In this document: positions 29,064 through 39,573 of the stretch, piece after piece
Position numbering within the stretch: position 1 is the stretch's first letter
Layout: each line of letters starts with the position of its first letter
DNA from: Methanocellales archaeon
GTDB lineage: Archaea; Halobacteriota; JAWCLZ01
Reading direction: 5' to 3'
DNA length: 64,000 nt
Assembly (NCBI GenBank): GCA_038850275.1
Contig: JAWCLZ010000002.1
Coordinates: 38,993 to 102,992, forward strand
The notes under the pieces: generated by a model
Told to the model about the DNA's origin: nothing
Databases searched by the model: none
Seen by the model: only the letters and a program-made list of their open reading frames with translations
Program-made: the position numbers and the translations under genes

Positions 29064-30236
29064 ATTCTCCTTGGGTTTACAAAGGAAAAGGAAGATGAAG
29101 AGATTAAAGCGTGGGAGCTCTATCAAGATTTATTTGAAAATACTCAGGATGCAATATTCAACTTAGATTTTAATGGCAACTTCACAGCAGTTAATAAAAA
29201 AACCGAGGAAATAACTGGCTACAGGCGAGAGGAATTAATTGGCAAATCCGTAGTTACAATTCTCCCAAATAGACTTCACGATCGAGCTATATCTAAAATC
29301 GCAGAACTAGAGAGTGGAAAATTACTTGGGCCTTTTTTGATTGAGCTTAAAACAAAAAAAGGCGCCAAGCCAGTTGAAATCACAGCTAGGTTGGTTAAAA
29401 TCAGGGATAAAATGATCGCCATTCAATGCATAGCTCGAGATGCAACAATAAGAGTTGAAATGGAGCGGGAACTTAAAGAAACTAGAGATCTTCTGGATAT
29501 AATCTTAAGCAACATAGATGAATCCATCTTAGTGGTAAATCGAAATTATGAGATTTCAAAAATCAAAATTAAAAATAACAATAAAGAGAAGGGAATAATA
29601 GGTAAATCTTGCTATGAATATCTCCATAATTTAGCTAATCGCTGCACGCAATATCCATGTCCAGTGGAAAGAGTATTTGAAACTGGCAAGCCATTTAGCA
29701 CAACTCACGTTCACTTCATAGAGGGCCAGCCACATATAGTGGAAATAGAAGCATATCCTCTATACGACTCAAGGGGAGTGGTGATTAAGGTAATTAAAGT
29801 CATGAGAGATGTTACAATAAAAAGAGAACTGGAACGCCAAGCTAGAGAGAGTAAAGAATTTTTAGATCAAGTTATCGAGAATGCATATGATATCATATTT
29901 GCACTTGACTGCGAGGGGAAATTTAAATTAATAAATCAAGCAGCGGAAAAAATAACTGGATATAAACGAGAAGAATGGATAGGAAAGCCCTTCTCAGAAA
30001 TCATAGCATCTGGATATCTCTCTATAGCTCTAGACAAATTCAAAAGGGCATTGAATGGTAGAGAGGTCAAGCCATTTGAAATTGAGATAAATAGCAAAGA
30101 TGGTAAAAGAATACCGCTAGAGATAAACGCAAGGCCAATCCGACAAGATGGAAAGATCTCAAGCGTGGTTTGCATAGCTCGAGATATCGCTGAAAGGAAA
30201 ACTGAACAAAAAGTGGAGGAATATGCTTCTCAATAA
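29064..30236 (+). CDS. PAS-domain sensor protein (>=3 PAS/PAC domains, no output domain); start codon unresolved
   Basis: The reading frame is open from the TAA at 29046. It encodes PAS S-box sequence (DAIFNLDFNGNFTAVNKKTEEITGYRREELIGKS) upstream of the first canonical start (TTG 29337). An AAAGGGGGAG RBS lies 6 nt before an in-frame ATT at 29064. Confidence 0.55.
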   Translation: MLLGFTKEKEDEEIKAWELYQDLFENTQDAIFNLDFNGNFTAVNKKTEEITGYRREELIGKSVVTILPNRLHDRAISKIAELESGKLLGPFLIELKTKKGAKPVEITARLVKIRDKMIAIQCIARDATIRVEMERELKETRDLLDIILSNIDESILVVNRNYEISKIKIKNNNKEKGIIGKSCYEYLHNLANRCTQYPCPVERVFETGKPFSTTHVHFIEGQPHIVEIEAYPLYDSRGVVIKVIKVMRDVTIKRELERQARESKEFLDQVIENAYDIIFALDCEGKFKLINQAAEKITGYKREEWIGKPFSEIIASGYLSIALDKFKRALNGREVKPFEIEINSKDGKRIPLEINARPIRQDGKISSVVCIARDIAERKTEQKVEEYASQ

Positions 30237-30375
30237 ACGTGAAAATATATTTGATTGGAAAAAGCTCACAATTGTAATTGAAAACTCATGCCTAAGCTGA
30301 ATAATCTGAATAAATCAAGCGAAATGGCAAATAGTGGGAGGCCCATCAGAGAGATTAAAGACCTAGGAGGGAACT

Positions 30376-31101
30376 ATGGAAGGTCTTAAAAAAGTAATGA
30401 TTGTTGACGATGAAAAAGATGTAGTGAATTTATTTGAGGAAATGCTCTCAGATAACTATCAAGTTATAAAGGCATATAGTGGTAAAGAATGCCTTGAAAA
30501 ACTTAAACTTCATAAGCCAGATTTAATTCTGCTTGATATATTGATGCCTGAGATGGATGGCTGGCAAGTACTTGATAAGATAAAGCAGGATGGGGAATTC
30601 AAGGATATACCAGTGATTATGCTAACAGCAGTTAAACCAGATTTCAGCATACTTCAAAAAGGCATTGAAAACTACATAGTTAAACCAGTGTCACGGAGCG
30701 ATCTCTTAAACACAATTAATAATTTCTTCCAAGCTAAAGAAAAAATGGCGCAGTTTGAAGCAAGAGCTCTAGCTATTGGCGTGGCAAGGAATTTGATAGA
30801 GGAATACAAGGAAAAAGCTAGGCGACTCGATGTTATCGAGAAACTATCAACACTTCTCAAGCAAATCTTCACCCAGAAAGCAATGGAAAGCAAAGAAAGC
30901 ACTCAAAACTTAATGAAGAGTTTGGATAGGGCAATTGATCTACAGAGAGAGGAAGTACATCGCCTTCAAGTTGAAATTGAAAAATACTTCAAAGACCCAA
31001 GTGAGCTAAGTGCATTCTTCGATGTTGTAGAGTGGAGTGCAAGGAAAAAGAAATATGAAGTAGCAGGCTTAGGGTATAAGCGAAGACAGTGGTTTAGCTA
31101 G
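30376..31101 (+). CDS. Response-regulator receiver (CheY-like) protein with a C-terminal helical (HalX-like) domain
   Basis: 241 aa; VMIVDDEKD, DLILLDILMPEMDG (phospho-acceptor Asp), KP; C-terminal ~110 aa predicted coiled-coil. Confidence 0.75.
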   Translation: MEGLKKVMIVDDEKDVVNLFEEMLSDNYQVIKAYSGKECLEKLKLHKPDLILLDILMPEMDGWQVLDKIKQDGEFKDIPVIMLTAVKPDFSILQKGIENYIVKPVSRSDLLNTINNFFQAKEKMAQFEARALAIGVARNLIEEYKEKARRLDVIEKLSTLLKQIFTQKAMESKESTQNLMKSLDRAIDLQREEVHRLQVEIEKYFKDPSELSAFFDVVEWSARKKKYEVAGLGYKRRQWFS

Positions 31102-31102
31102 G

Positions 31103-31378
31103 CTATGGCTTCTTCAAAGGGATTTCTATGAATGAAACCTTGACCTTCTCTCCCTTCTCACTCTGCACTTCCTCAGTACCAATTTTAATGTCCCCCACTG
31201 TTAAATCCTGCATGAATCTATTCCTAGCCACTTCCACCACGTCTACCGCTCTCGAGATTGCCCTTCCCCTTGCTTTAACAACAACTTCTTTTGCACCTTC
31301 ATTGAACTGCGTTACAGTTGCAAGTACATAGTTCATTATGGGTTTATCTCCAACGCGAATAACATTATCTTCTGGCAT
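31103..31378 (-). CDS. albA: DNA/RNA-binding chromatin protein Alba
   Basis: 91 aa; [14 protein letters not shown]...[18 protein letters not shown]. Confidence 0.85.
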   Translation of the reverse strand: MPEDNVIRVGDKPIMNYVLATVTQFNEGAKEVVVKARGRAISRAVDVVEVARNRFMQDLTVGDIKIGTEEVQSEKGEKVKVSFIEIPLKKP

Positions 31379-31454
31379 CTTCGAAACCTCTGTGCAAATA
31401 TTCTATTTTGGATTAGATAAACCTTATCTCTTTTAAGCAGCAATTCGATATTCT

Positions 31455-32549
31455 GTGGTTAGTTTAGAGGAGAAGATAAAGGCAATAGAGGAAGAGCTTA
31501 GATGCACACCTTATAACAAAGCCACTGAAGCGCACATAGGGCGCTTGAAAGCTAAATTAGCTAGACTGCGCGAGGAATTAGAATCACAAGCTGCTAGGAG
31601 AACAATTTCGAGAGGGGCTGAGATAAAGCGCTGTGGTGATGCAAGAGTGGTTATAGTTGGCTTTCCATCTGTTGGGAAATCAACTTTGTTGAATAAAATT
31701 ACTAATGCAAAATCAGAGGTAGGCGAGTATGATTTTACCACTCTTAAAATAATTCCAGGTATAATGCTGCATAAGGGAGCGAGGATTCAAGTGCTGGATA
31801 CACCTGGATTAATAGAGGGCGCGGCTTCAGGAAGAGGTAGAGGTAGAGAGGTGATCTCCATCATAAGGAATTCTGATTTAATACTTCTTTTAATAGATGT
31901 CTTCAATCCACAGCAGCTGGAAATAATTAAGAGAGAGTTATACACTGCTGGGATTAGGATCAATGAAAAACCTCCTGAAGTATTTATAAGGAAAAAGGCC
32001 TCGGATGGTATAAAAATAAATTCTTTGGTGGAGCAAGAGTTGGATGAAAAAACTATAAAAAATGTGCTTAATGAGTATAGAATACATAGCGCTGAGGTAA
32101 TCATACGCCAGAAAATAACTCTAGAGCAGCTCATAGATGCAATTCTAGGTAATAGGAAATACATTCCCGCGATTGTAGCAATAAACAAAATTGACCTAGC
32201 AAGCAGGGAATACCTAGAGGCCGTAAAACTACCTGAGGATGCAATCTTGATCTCTGCCGAGAGAGAAATCGGCTTAGAGAAACTTAAGGATGAGATCTAC
32301 CGTGCTCTTGACTTCATAAGAGTCTATTTAAAGCCACCTGGCGAGAAAGTAGATATACAAGAGCCAATGATCCTCAAAAAAGGTGCTACGGTAGCAGAGG
32401 TCTGCGATCGCTTGCATGGAGAATTCAAGCAAAATTTCAGATATGCTCAAGTCTGGGGGGAATCTGTTAGATATAAAGGACAGAGAGTTGGGCTGAATCA
32501 CGAGTTGAAGGATGGAGATATATTAACAATTTTCATCAAACAGCGCTGA
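31455..32549 (+). CDS. DRG-family (Obg-like) GTPase with C-terminal TGS domain
   Basis: 364 aa; G1 GFPSVGKST, G3 DTPGLIEGA, G4 NKID. Confidence 0.8.
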   Translation: MVSLEEKIKAIEEELRCTPYNKATEAHIGRLKAKLARLREELESQAARRTISRGAEIKRCGDARVVIVGFPSVGKSTLLNKITNAKSEVGEYDFTTLKIIPGIMLHKGARIQVLDTPGLIEGAASGRGRGREVISIIRNSDLILLLIDVFNPQQLEIIKRELYTAGIRINEKPPEVFIRKKASDGIKINSLVEQELDEKTIKNVLNEYRIHSAEVIIRQKITLEQLIDAILGNRKYIPAIVAINKIDLASREYLEAVKLPEDAILISAEREIGLEKLKDEIYRALDFIRVYLKPPGEKVDIQEPMILKKGATVAEVCDRLHGEFKQNFRYAQVWGESVRYKGQRVGLNHELKDGDILTIFIKQR

Positions 32550-32621
32550 GATAAAAAATCGAAGACCTTTATATAAAATCAAAAACCTTATGAGAATAGA
32601 TAAGCTAATATAAAACAGAGC

Positions 32622-33569
32622 ATGCCCCTTCCAGATGTTCAAGCTACGAGGCCTGAGATATCCATAGATTTAACTAGGGTAGGTGTTACTGATGTTAAAA
32701 AAATTGTAGAAGTAGCTAGGGATGGGAAGCGCCCAATCGTGCTTATGTCAACCTTCAGTATTTTTGTAGACTTGCCTTCAAATAGGAAGGGTGCAAATCT
32801 TTCTCGAAATTTTGAAGCAATCGACGAGGTTCTAGAGGAAGCACTTGCCTCCCCTGTTTACGAGATCGAAGAGCTGTGCAGCGAAGTCGCTAGGCGTCTT
32901 TTATTGCGACATGAATATGCATCTCGCTCTGAGGTGAGGATGAAGAGCGAGTTGATGATTAAAAAGAAAACTCCAAAGACAGCTCTAGCTTGCCAAGAAG
33001 TAGTTGACATATATGCGCAGGCTGTGGCAACTAGAAAAAACGGCACGACTAAGGTTAAGAAAACCATAGGCGTGGAGAAACTTGGGATAACCGCTTGTCC
33101 ATGCGCTCAGGAGATCTCTAGGAAAAAAGCTAGAGATAAACTCAGGCAGCTTGGAATGGATGAGAAAAATGTGGAAATTTTCTTAAGAGAAATTCCAATG
33201 GCAACTCATAATCAGCGTGGTCGAGGTATAATCTTCATAGAAGTGGACGATGGATATGAAGTTCCAATTGAAAAGTTAATAGCAATTATTGAGCAATCCA
33301 TGAGTTCGCAAACATTTGAGCTACTAAAGCGGAAGGATGAAGCTGAGATCGTTGAAACAGCTCATAAAAATCCAAGGTTTGTTGAGGATTGCGTTCGCTT
33401 AATGGCTCAAAAAATCGTTAAAACTTTTCCAAAGCTCCCTGATGATGCAGTGGTAACTATAAGGCAGATAAATGAAGAAAGCATACATCGCCATAACGCA
33501 TTTGCTGAGCGCGTTGCCTCAATGGGGGAATTGAGAAAAGAATTAATTGCAGAAAGTAAGGCTTTTTGA
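32622..33569 (+). CDS. mptA: GTP cyclohydrolase MptA/FolE2 family (archaeal Fe(II)-dependent GTP cyclohydrolase for methanopterin/folate biosynthesis)
   Basis: 315 aa; N-terminal [20 protein letters not shown] resembles the FolE2/MptA N-terminus; CPCAQE Cys pair. Confidence 0.65.
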   Translation: MPLPDVQATRPEISIDLTRVGVTDVKKIVEVARDGKRPIVLMSTFSIFVDLPSNRKGANLSRNFEAIDEVLEEALASPVYEIEELCSEVARRLLLRHEYASRSEVRMKSELMIKKKTPKTALACQEVVDIYAQAVATRKNGTTKVKKTIGVEKLGITACPCAQEISRKKARDKLRQLGMDEKNVEIFLREIPMATHNQRGRGIIFIEVDDGYEVPIEKLIAIIEQSMSSQTFELLKRKDEAEIVETAHKNPRFVEDCVRLMAQKIVKTFPKLPDDAVVTIRQINEESIHRHNAFAERVASMGELRKELIAESKAF

Positions 33570-33595
33570 AATAAAATAAAAAATTAAATATAAAT

Positions 33596-34135
33596 TTATT
33601 TTTTAAGTGATTCCAGCGCTATTTGAACCATTTGCTTATACTGCTCAAGCTCACAGTTATAATGCTGCTTTGCCTTCAAAGCTTCTTCGCTATTTGAATT
33701 AAATATGCGCTCTAGTGTTTGTTTAGCAGTATCAAAAACCCAGATGTCCCGCGCAGATTCCTCTACAGCTTGAATTACCTCTGGTCTTATAGTTATAACC
33801 TCGCCATTCTCCGTCTTATAAAAAGCTGGTTTACCCACGACTGCTATGAAGCAAGGTGGATTCAACTTTGCAAGTGCTTGTGCAGCCTCAGGCTGATATT
33901 GCCCTGCGTGGATTGTGAAAGCACCAGTTGGATCAGCTATTCTAGCACGCCATGAATCGCTGCTTATGTTTTCCTTCTCAAGCAAGGTGCCAATTATGAA
34001 TAATCGATTGCATTTCGCACCAGTGGGAGTTAGCAGATATATAGGTGAATATTGATCCTCGCTTTCCTTGAAGATTAAATTTGAATCACTAAATTCCCTC
34101 GCGAAAACTCGCCTTGCGATTTCTCTCCTCTGCAT
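33596..34135 (-). CDS. rpap: RPA-associated protein (RPAP, COG3390 OB-fold protein)
   Basis: 179 aa; REIARRVFAREF...LLTPTGAKCNRLFIIGTL...DPTGAFTIHAGQYQPEAA pattern of haloarchaeal/methanogen RPAP; 4 nt from the rpa start. Confidence 0.7.
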   Translation of the reverse strand: MQRREIARRVFAREFSDSNLIFKESEDQYSPIYLLTPTGAKCNRLFIIGTLLEKENISSDSWRARIADPTGAFTIHAGQYQPEAAQALAKLNPPCFIAVVGKPAFYKTENGEVITIRPEVIQAVEESARDIWVFDTAKQTLERIFNSNSEEALKAKQHYNCELEQYKQMVQIALESLKK

Positions 34136-34138
34136 TTC

Positions 34139-35077
34139 CTATCCCTCCATAGCGGCGATTAATTCATCCACGCCGTCCTCGTAGAAGTTTTCAAGTCGAT
34201 ATACTTCCTCTGCAAGTATATATCTCCCAACCCTAGGCCCTCTTACTCGGAAATAGCGTCCCACTATTTCCCCTTTGATTTCATCTAATACAGCATTCGC
34301 ATCCAATGCAGCTAGAGCCATTTCCTTTGCGCTCTCCAACGTGGTTCCAGTGATTTGCTCCACCATTGCTCTATTTAGAATTATATCTTGTGTCTCTCTA
34401 CCAGTATCAATTACTGCTTTCACACGCAAGTCGTATTCCCCAGTAATTGACCCATGTTCAGCACAGATACCTCGAGTAAGAACGCGCTTGCAACTTGGAC
34501 AGCGCTTGATCAATCCACTTCCAGTTTGAATATCGATGAGCGCTCCCTCAAGCTCAACGATTGGATTGCTCACCTCAATCTCTTCAGCTATCTCCTTAAC
34601 TTTAGTTTTTCTATTGAATTTAACACTAAACCTTCCCTGCCATTCATCGCTCACAGCTCTTTTAATGTGATAGCACTTCCCCTCCTCAAGAGGTGGTAGA
34701 TTTGATTTAACCCAGTTGATGAATTTTATAACCCCTGTTTCATCGCCAAGCAAGCCCACTTGTTTTATCGCAGGATTCTCAGGCATCCAAAGCTGTATAA
34801 CTCTAACTTTCAAATCTACCCAGCTACCAGCTGCTTGAATCTGCTCAATCTTAGTTATACTTTCAGCTGGACTGTAAAATTGCTCCTTGGATAACTTAGA
34901 ACTGCGGAGCATTTGAGCTATTATGCTCTTCTTAGCCTCCTCCAGCGGCACTTTGAATTCATCGGTTAAGATCCTAAGCTTATCCTCTATATCCTTTTCA
35001 TTGCATTCAACTCCAAGTTCAGTGAAGCGATGACATAGCTCTTCAGTGATCTTCTTAGTTTCATTCATCTCCATCAC
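34139..35077 (-). CDS. rpa: Replication protein A (single OB fold + C4 zinc finger; RPA3-type)
   Basis: 312 aa; OB fold followed by CPSCKRV...CAEHG zinc ribbon; operon with rpap. Confidence 0.7.
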   Translation of the reverse strand: MMEMNETKKITEELCHRFTELGVECNEKDIEDKLRILTDEFKVPLEEAKKSIIAQMLRSSKLSKEQFYSPAESITKIEQIQAAGSWVDLKVRVIQLWMPENPAIKQVGLLGDETGVIKFINWVKSNLPPLEEGKCYHIKRAVSDEWQGRFSVKFNRKTKVKEIAEEIEVSNPIVELEGALIDIQTGSGLIKRCPSCKRVLTRGICAEHGSITGEYDLRVKAVIDTGRETQDIILNRAMVEQITGTTLESAKEMALAALDANAVLDEIKGEIVGRYFRVRGPRVGRYILAEEVYRLENFYEDGVDELIAAMEG

Positions 35078-35182
35078 CTTTTTTGCATTTTTTTGAACAC
35101 AAATTTTAAACTAGCTTGTGGGGTAATAAAGGTATGGATAGCGTAGTGAAAATAATATTCTTGTGCTAGGTTTGCTATTAAT

Positions 35183-35228
35183 TAATATTCCTAATGAGAA
35201 ATATTCCTAATGAGAAAACCTAATGAGT
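35183..35228. repeat. Tandem repeat tattcctaatgagaaa x2 + cctaatgag in the 3' UTR of the ACD-alpha gene
   Basis: Read directly. Confidence 0.8.
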
Positions 35229-35249
35229 GCTATCTAGAACTCAAGATTC

Positions 35250-36659
35250 TCAACTCAAGTTCCTCAACTTCCCAGCGTATTTAGCCCACTTATATAGAGC
35301 TGCTAGAGCAGCAACTGCCTTTTCAGGTGCGTAGAGATAGCATGGTATTCCCCTATCCTCGAGATATCTAGCAGCTTCTTCCACTTCTATATCTCCTGAA
35401 AGCGAGGCCACAATTGGCTTCAAAAGGCCTTCTTTTCTGCTTTCCTCCACTGCTTCAGCAATAACCCTAGCAAATACCCTAGGAGGGGTTATAACTGTAT
35501 GCCAATATCCAAATATTATAGCATGCACTCTAGGATCTCTAATTGCAATCTTTGCGGTTTCTGCTTGGACTTCTGGTGTTGAAGAGCCTGTTACATCCAC
35601 TGGATTTTTAGTGGAGCCAAATGGAGGTATATATTTGCGAAGTGCTTGCTCTAAATCAATGGGTATCTCCATCGCTTTTAATCCATAGTCATATAATGCA
35701 TCTGCAATTATAACCCCTAGGCCACCTGCGCTAGTATGGATCAAGATATTCTCACCCTCAGGTGGAGGGAGCATATAAAGTGCTCTTGCCCAGTCGAGGA
35801 ATTCATCTAGAGTTCGAGCTCTTATAACTCCACTTTGCTTGAATGCTGCTTCAAATATCTCATCTGCACCAGCTAATGCTGCAGTATGCGATGCTGCTGC
35901 TCTCCTTCCTAAAGGTGTTCGCCCTGCTTTAAAAGCTATGACTGGTTTGTTCTTTGAAACTTTCCTTGCAGCTTTAACAAATGCAAGTCCATCTTTAACA
36001 TCCTCCATGTGAATAGCGATCACCTTTGTATTTGGGTCTTGAGCGAAGAACTCTAGAAGATCGTCTTCATCGATATCAACTTTATTTCCCAAGCCAACGA
36101 TGGCTGAAACCCCTATCCCTCTAGATCGAGTGAAGCCAATTGCAGCCATTCCAACTCCACCGCTTTGACATATAAGGGCAATTCCACCTCTCTTTGTATA
36201 GGGCGTGCAAAAAGTTGCACATAAATCATTATAGGTGTAGTAATACCCAAAGATATTTGGGCCGAGGATTCTCACCCTAGCTTTTTTAGCGGTTTCAATT
36301 AACTGTTGCTGCAATTCCACGTTGCCAATCTCGGAGTAGCCAGAGGTAATTATAACAGCAGTTGGCACTTCTTTTCTACCCAGCTCAATAATTACCTCAT
36401 TGACCAAGCGAGCTGGCACTGCAATTATCGCTGTGTCAATGCTCTCAGGAATCTCTCCTACATTTCCATAGTACTTATATCCAAAAAGCTCTTCACCTGC
36501 TCTCGCTGGATTCACAGGGTATATTCTTCCCTTAAACCCGCCATCGATGATATTCTTCACAATTGAATAACCAACTTTACCAGGCTCACTACTGGCACCA
36601 ATTATAGCAATTGATCTAGCATTGAACATGCGATTTAAAATATCTATAGCGTTGTTCAT
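35250..36659 (-). CDS. Acetyl-CoA synthetase (ADP-forming) alpha subunit / CoA-binding succinyl-CoA-synthetase-like protein
   Basis: 469 aa; N-terminal RSIAIIGASSEPGKVGYSIVKN CoA-binding Rossmann motif; no fused beta (ATP-grasp) domain. Confidence 0.7.
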   Translation of the reverse strand: MNNAIDILNRMFNARSIAIIGASSEPGKVGYSIVKNIIDGGFKGRIYPVNPARAGEELFGYKYYGNVGEIPESIDTAIIAVPARLVNEVIIELGRKEVPTAVIITSGYSEIGNVELQQQLIETAKKARVRILGPNIFGYYYTYNDLCATFCTPYTKRGGIALICQSGGVGMAAIGFTRSRGIGVSAIVGLGNKVDIDEDDLLEFFAQDPNTKVIAIHMEDVKDGLAFVKAARKVSKNKPVIAFKAGRTPLGRRAAASHTAALAGADEIFEAAFKQSGVIRARTLDEFLDWARALYMLPPPEGENILIHTSAGGLGVIIADALYDYGLKAMEIPIDLEQALRKYIPPFGSTKNPVDVTGSSTPEVQAETAKIAIRDPRVHAIIFGYWHTVITPPRVFARVIAEAVEESRKEGLLKPIVASLSGDIEVEEAARYLEDRGIPCYLYAPEKAVAALAALYKWAKYAGKLRNLS

Positions 36660-36722
36660 AAGTTAAACTAATTTTACTTCATATTCTTATCCATTTTTGA
36701 TTTAATTTATATTTTTTATTTT

Positions 36723-37829
36723 TTAATTTGCACTCAAGATCTTGCTTCTCTTTCCAGCGTTGAGTTCAATTTCTCCATTGAAGCCTGCTTTGGCATAGCA
36801 ATCTAGAATTTTAACCTTGCATCCAACTTTAGGCTTAAGCTTGAGAAATTCATCTATCTTATCCATCCAGAGCGCGACTCTAATTGCCTCCCCACTTTTA
36901 TCTTTTATTTTAATATTCAAAACCCTTCCCTTGCTACCATCCCTTCGGGTGAATTCTCTAGGGAGTTCTATGTTAACGATTTCCCCTTCAATGTTATAGC
37001 TTTTATTAGCCTCTATCTCGCTAAGAAGAGTTATATTCTCACTATAATTAACATCAGTAGAAACCTTATGAATCTCCCCCCCTCTTCCAAGGTATAGCTC
37101 TATTCTACCATATTTCTCCTTAGAATAGACATTCTTGATTTCAATAACATCCCCGATCTTTAAATTCTCTACCTCAGTAGCTACATCGTTCCAGAGAGTG
37201 AGATATGCTTTACCTGTTTCATCTCCTAGTGTTAAACTTGCTAATTTGCCTTCTTTTCCATCTCGCCTTTGAAATGTCTTAACAGGTGTAATTTCCAAGA
37301 TCTTAGCGGTTAAATTAACCCCGAGCATCCCTGGTTTTATCTGAGCTATCTTCAGCTTTTCTACTTCTTGCTGCAGCTTGATGATCTCGAGCGATCCATT
37401 TCTACCAACGCTCACCTCTATCCCTAGAGTGCCTTTTTTAACATATCCATTAACTCTTATTCGACTCCCAACTTTAAGCTCGCCTGTTTTAACGAGATCT
37501 GCATATTCATCCCAGAGGGCAACTTTTATGGAGCCAGTTTCATCTTGGACTATGATATTAACAACTCTGCCAATGCTACCATTCTCGCGATTAAATTCCC
37601 TGCCCTCGAATATGTTCTTCACATATCCAGATAAGGTAATTCTCTTTTTCTCCTCGGTGATCTCAGCTATCTTCACAGTATTATCGTATCCTAAATCGTG
37701 TGCAACTAACAGCGCTGCTGTGATTTCATCGCATAGCCCACCCAATAATTCAATTTTCTCTGCAACGCGCTTGTTAAATTCCTCCAGAGAAATTCCCTCA
37801 AGTTTTTCATAGATCTCAAGCAAGTTCAT
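36723..37829 (-). CDS. Replication factor A-like ssDNA-binding protein with tandem OB folds
   Basis: 368 aa; three OB-fold-like repeats (GSIKVALWDE..., GKAYLTLWND..., GEAIRVALWMD...); no zinc finger. Confidence 0.6.
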   Translation of the reverse strand: MNLLEIYEKLEGISLEEFNKRVAEKIELLGGLCDEITAALLVAHDLGYDNTVKIAEITEEKKRITLSGYVKNIFEGREFNRENGSIGRVVNIIVQDETGSIKVALWDEYADLVKTGELKVGSRIRVNGYVKKGTLGIEVSVGRNGSLEIIKLQQEVEKLKIAQIKPGMLGVNLTAKILEITPVKTFQRRDGKEGKLASLTLGDETGKAYLTLWNDVATEVENLKIGDVIEIKNVYSKEKYGRIELYLGRGGEIHKVSTDVNYSENITLLSEIEANKSYNIEGEIVNIELPREFTRRDGSKGRVLNIKIKDKSGEAIRVALWMDKIDEFLKLKPKVGCKVKILDCYAKAGFNGEIELNAGKRSKILSAN

Positions 37830-37932
37830 TAGGAGGCTAAATGTTCTTCTGGATAATTAAGTTTATCCTCGAAAAATATTCTCGAAAAATATTTATCTTC
37901 CTTTCATTAAACCCAGAAATGGGGAAAATCAT

Positions 37933-39204
37933 TTGGTAGATTTTTCACCTGAAAATTTAAGGGTTATATTCCCAGTTGGAGGAGAGGCAAAGCGATTGCG
38001 CCCTCTTACCTCTGAGGTTTCCAAGGCTTGCGTTAGACTTGTGAATAGACCTTTAATTGAGATCTCCATGGCTAGTTTAGCTAAACAAGGGGTTCGCAAC
38101 TTCATCTTCGGTGTAAAGGGCTATGTGAATTATAAAAGCCTACATGATTATTTTAAAGAAGGAATTGGCTTTTCAACGCAATATAAGATTGAGCCAAGGG
38201 TTCACATCAAATATGCACCGAATGAAGATGACGTTGGAAGCGCTGATTGCGTGCGGAGATGCATTGAATATTACGATATACAAGAGCCTGTATTTGGGGT
38301 TCAAGGTGATAATATATTTGATATAGACCTTCAAGATTTAATTAACTACCACTGTGAGAAACAGGCTTTAATGACCATCGGGCTTACCAATGTAGAACAA
38401 GTTGAGGACTATGGAATTGCTGATTTGGATAAAAATCTTAGGATTAAAAAATTCGTGGAGAAGCCTAAGAAGGAAGAGGCTCCGAGTACTCTCGCTAATA
38501 CTGGGATATATCTCCTTAGCCCTCAAATTAGAGAAGTCTTTAAGGAAAAGCCCGTTAAAGATATGATCTTTAAGCAAAAGCGCCTTGACTTTGGCATGGA
38601 CTTCATTCCATATTTAATTGAAACCCAGAGAGAGGTATATGGGTATATCTTGAGGGGCACTTGGTATGATGTAGGTACACCTAAGCGCTATCTCGATGCA
38701 ATGATTCAAATTTTACACGGGCACTTAAAGTGCTTGAGTGATTTTGGAGGTAGAATCTCTGAGGATGAAGATATCTGGATTGAATGCTTGAGTTTAGAGT
38801 CAGAGAAAAGGAAAAATGAAATAATTGAGAAAATTCGCAGGGAGAAAATAAAAATCGAGGGCCCGGTTTTAATAGGGAGGCATTGTCAAATAGGGGATGG
38901 GGTTACAATTAAGAGTTCCTGCATCGATAACTTCACCATAATTGGTGATGGCTGCTATATAGAAAAAGCTGCTATTTTAGATCGAGCTAGAATTGGTGAA
39001 TATGCTGAGATTCAAGAGAGCATCATAGGGAGGCATTCAATAGTGAAATCCTCAAAGGCGAAGCCTACTAAAATCAAAGCAATAAGCGTGTTGGGCGATG
39101 ATGTTATCGTGGAGGAAGGCTGTGAGATCATTGCCTCTAAGATATATCCACATTTATGCGTTATTAGCGGTAAGAAACTGCTCTATGAAGACGTGGTTTC
39201 TTAG
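37933..39204 (+). CDS. Sugar-phosphate nucleotidyltransferase with C-terminal left-handed beta-helix domain
   Basis: 423 aa; VIFPVGGEAKRLRPLT...PLIE NTP-transferase signature; hexapeptide repeats in the C-terminal third. Confidence 0.7.
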   Translation: MVDFSPENLRVIFPVGGEAKRLRPLTSEVSKACVRLVNRPLIEISMASLAKQGVRNFIFGVKGYVNYKSLHDYFKEGIGFSTQYKIEPRVHIKYAPNEDDVGSADCVRRCIEYYDIQEPVFGVQGDNIFDIDLQDLINYHCEKQALMTIGLTNVEQVEDYGIADLDKNLRIKKFVEKPKKEEAPSTLANTGIYLLSPQIREVFKEKPVKDMIFKQKRLDFGMDFIPYLIETQREVYGYILRGTWYDVGTPKRYLDAMIQILHGHLKCLSDFGGRISEDEDIWIECLSLESEKRKNEIIEKIRREKIKIEGPVLIGRHCQIGDGVTIKSSCIDNFTIIGDGCYIEKAAILDRARIGEYAEIQESIIGRHSIVKSSKAKPTKIKAISVLGDDVIVEEGCEIIASKIYPHLCVISGKKLLYEDVVS

Positions 39205-39461
39205 TTTTTCCTTTTCTTCCCATTTCTCTTTCTTTGTCTATCTAAGAATTTTAGGAATTCAGCTGTGGCATCGCAGCATTTCTGAATTTGTTCAATAGTG
39301 AAGCCCTCATGCTTGTTGCAGAAAATAGGAGTATCTTCTTTTTCACCCTCTATAAGCCCTGCCCATATTTCTTTAGAAACATCTGAATCGCATTCAGCGA
39401 GACATTCAAATCTCACATTACCAACTCTAATGATCTTATACTTCCCTTTTTTAAGTTCCAA
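39201..39461 (-). CDS. Hypothetical small protein with basic C-terminal tail
   Basis: 86 aa; Cys residues and a KRKRNGKKRKN tail; 4-nt overlap with the upstream gene. Confidence 0.3.
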   Translation of the reverse strand: MELKKGKYKIIRVGNVRFECLAECDSDVSKEIWAGLIEGEKEDTPIFCNKHEGFTIEQIQKCCDATAEFLKFLDRQRKRNGKKRKN

Positions 39462-39573
39462 TACCTCGATCTTCAGTTTTCGAACAATTTTATCCTCAAT
39501 CCATTCCTATGTTACTATTAATATTTAAATTAACCCCAAAAATTATAAATTATTTTTTAATATTAATTTAATA

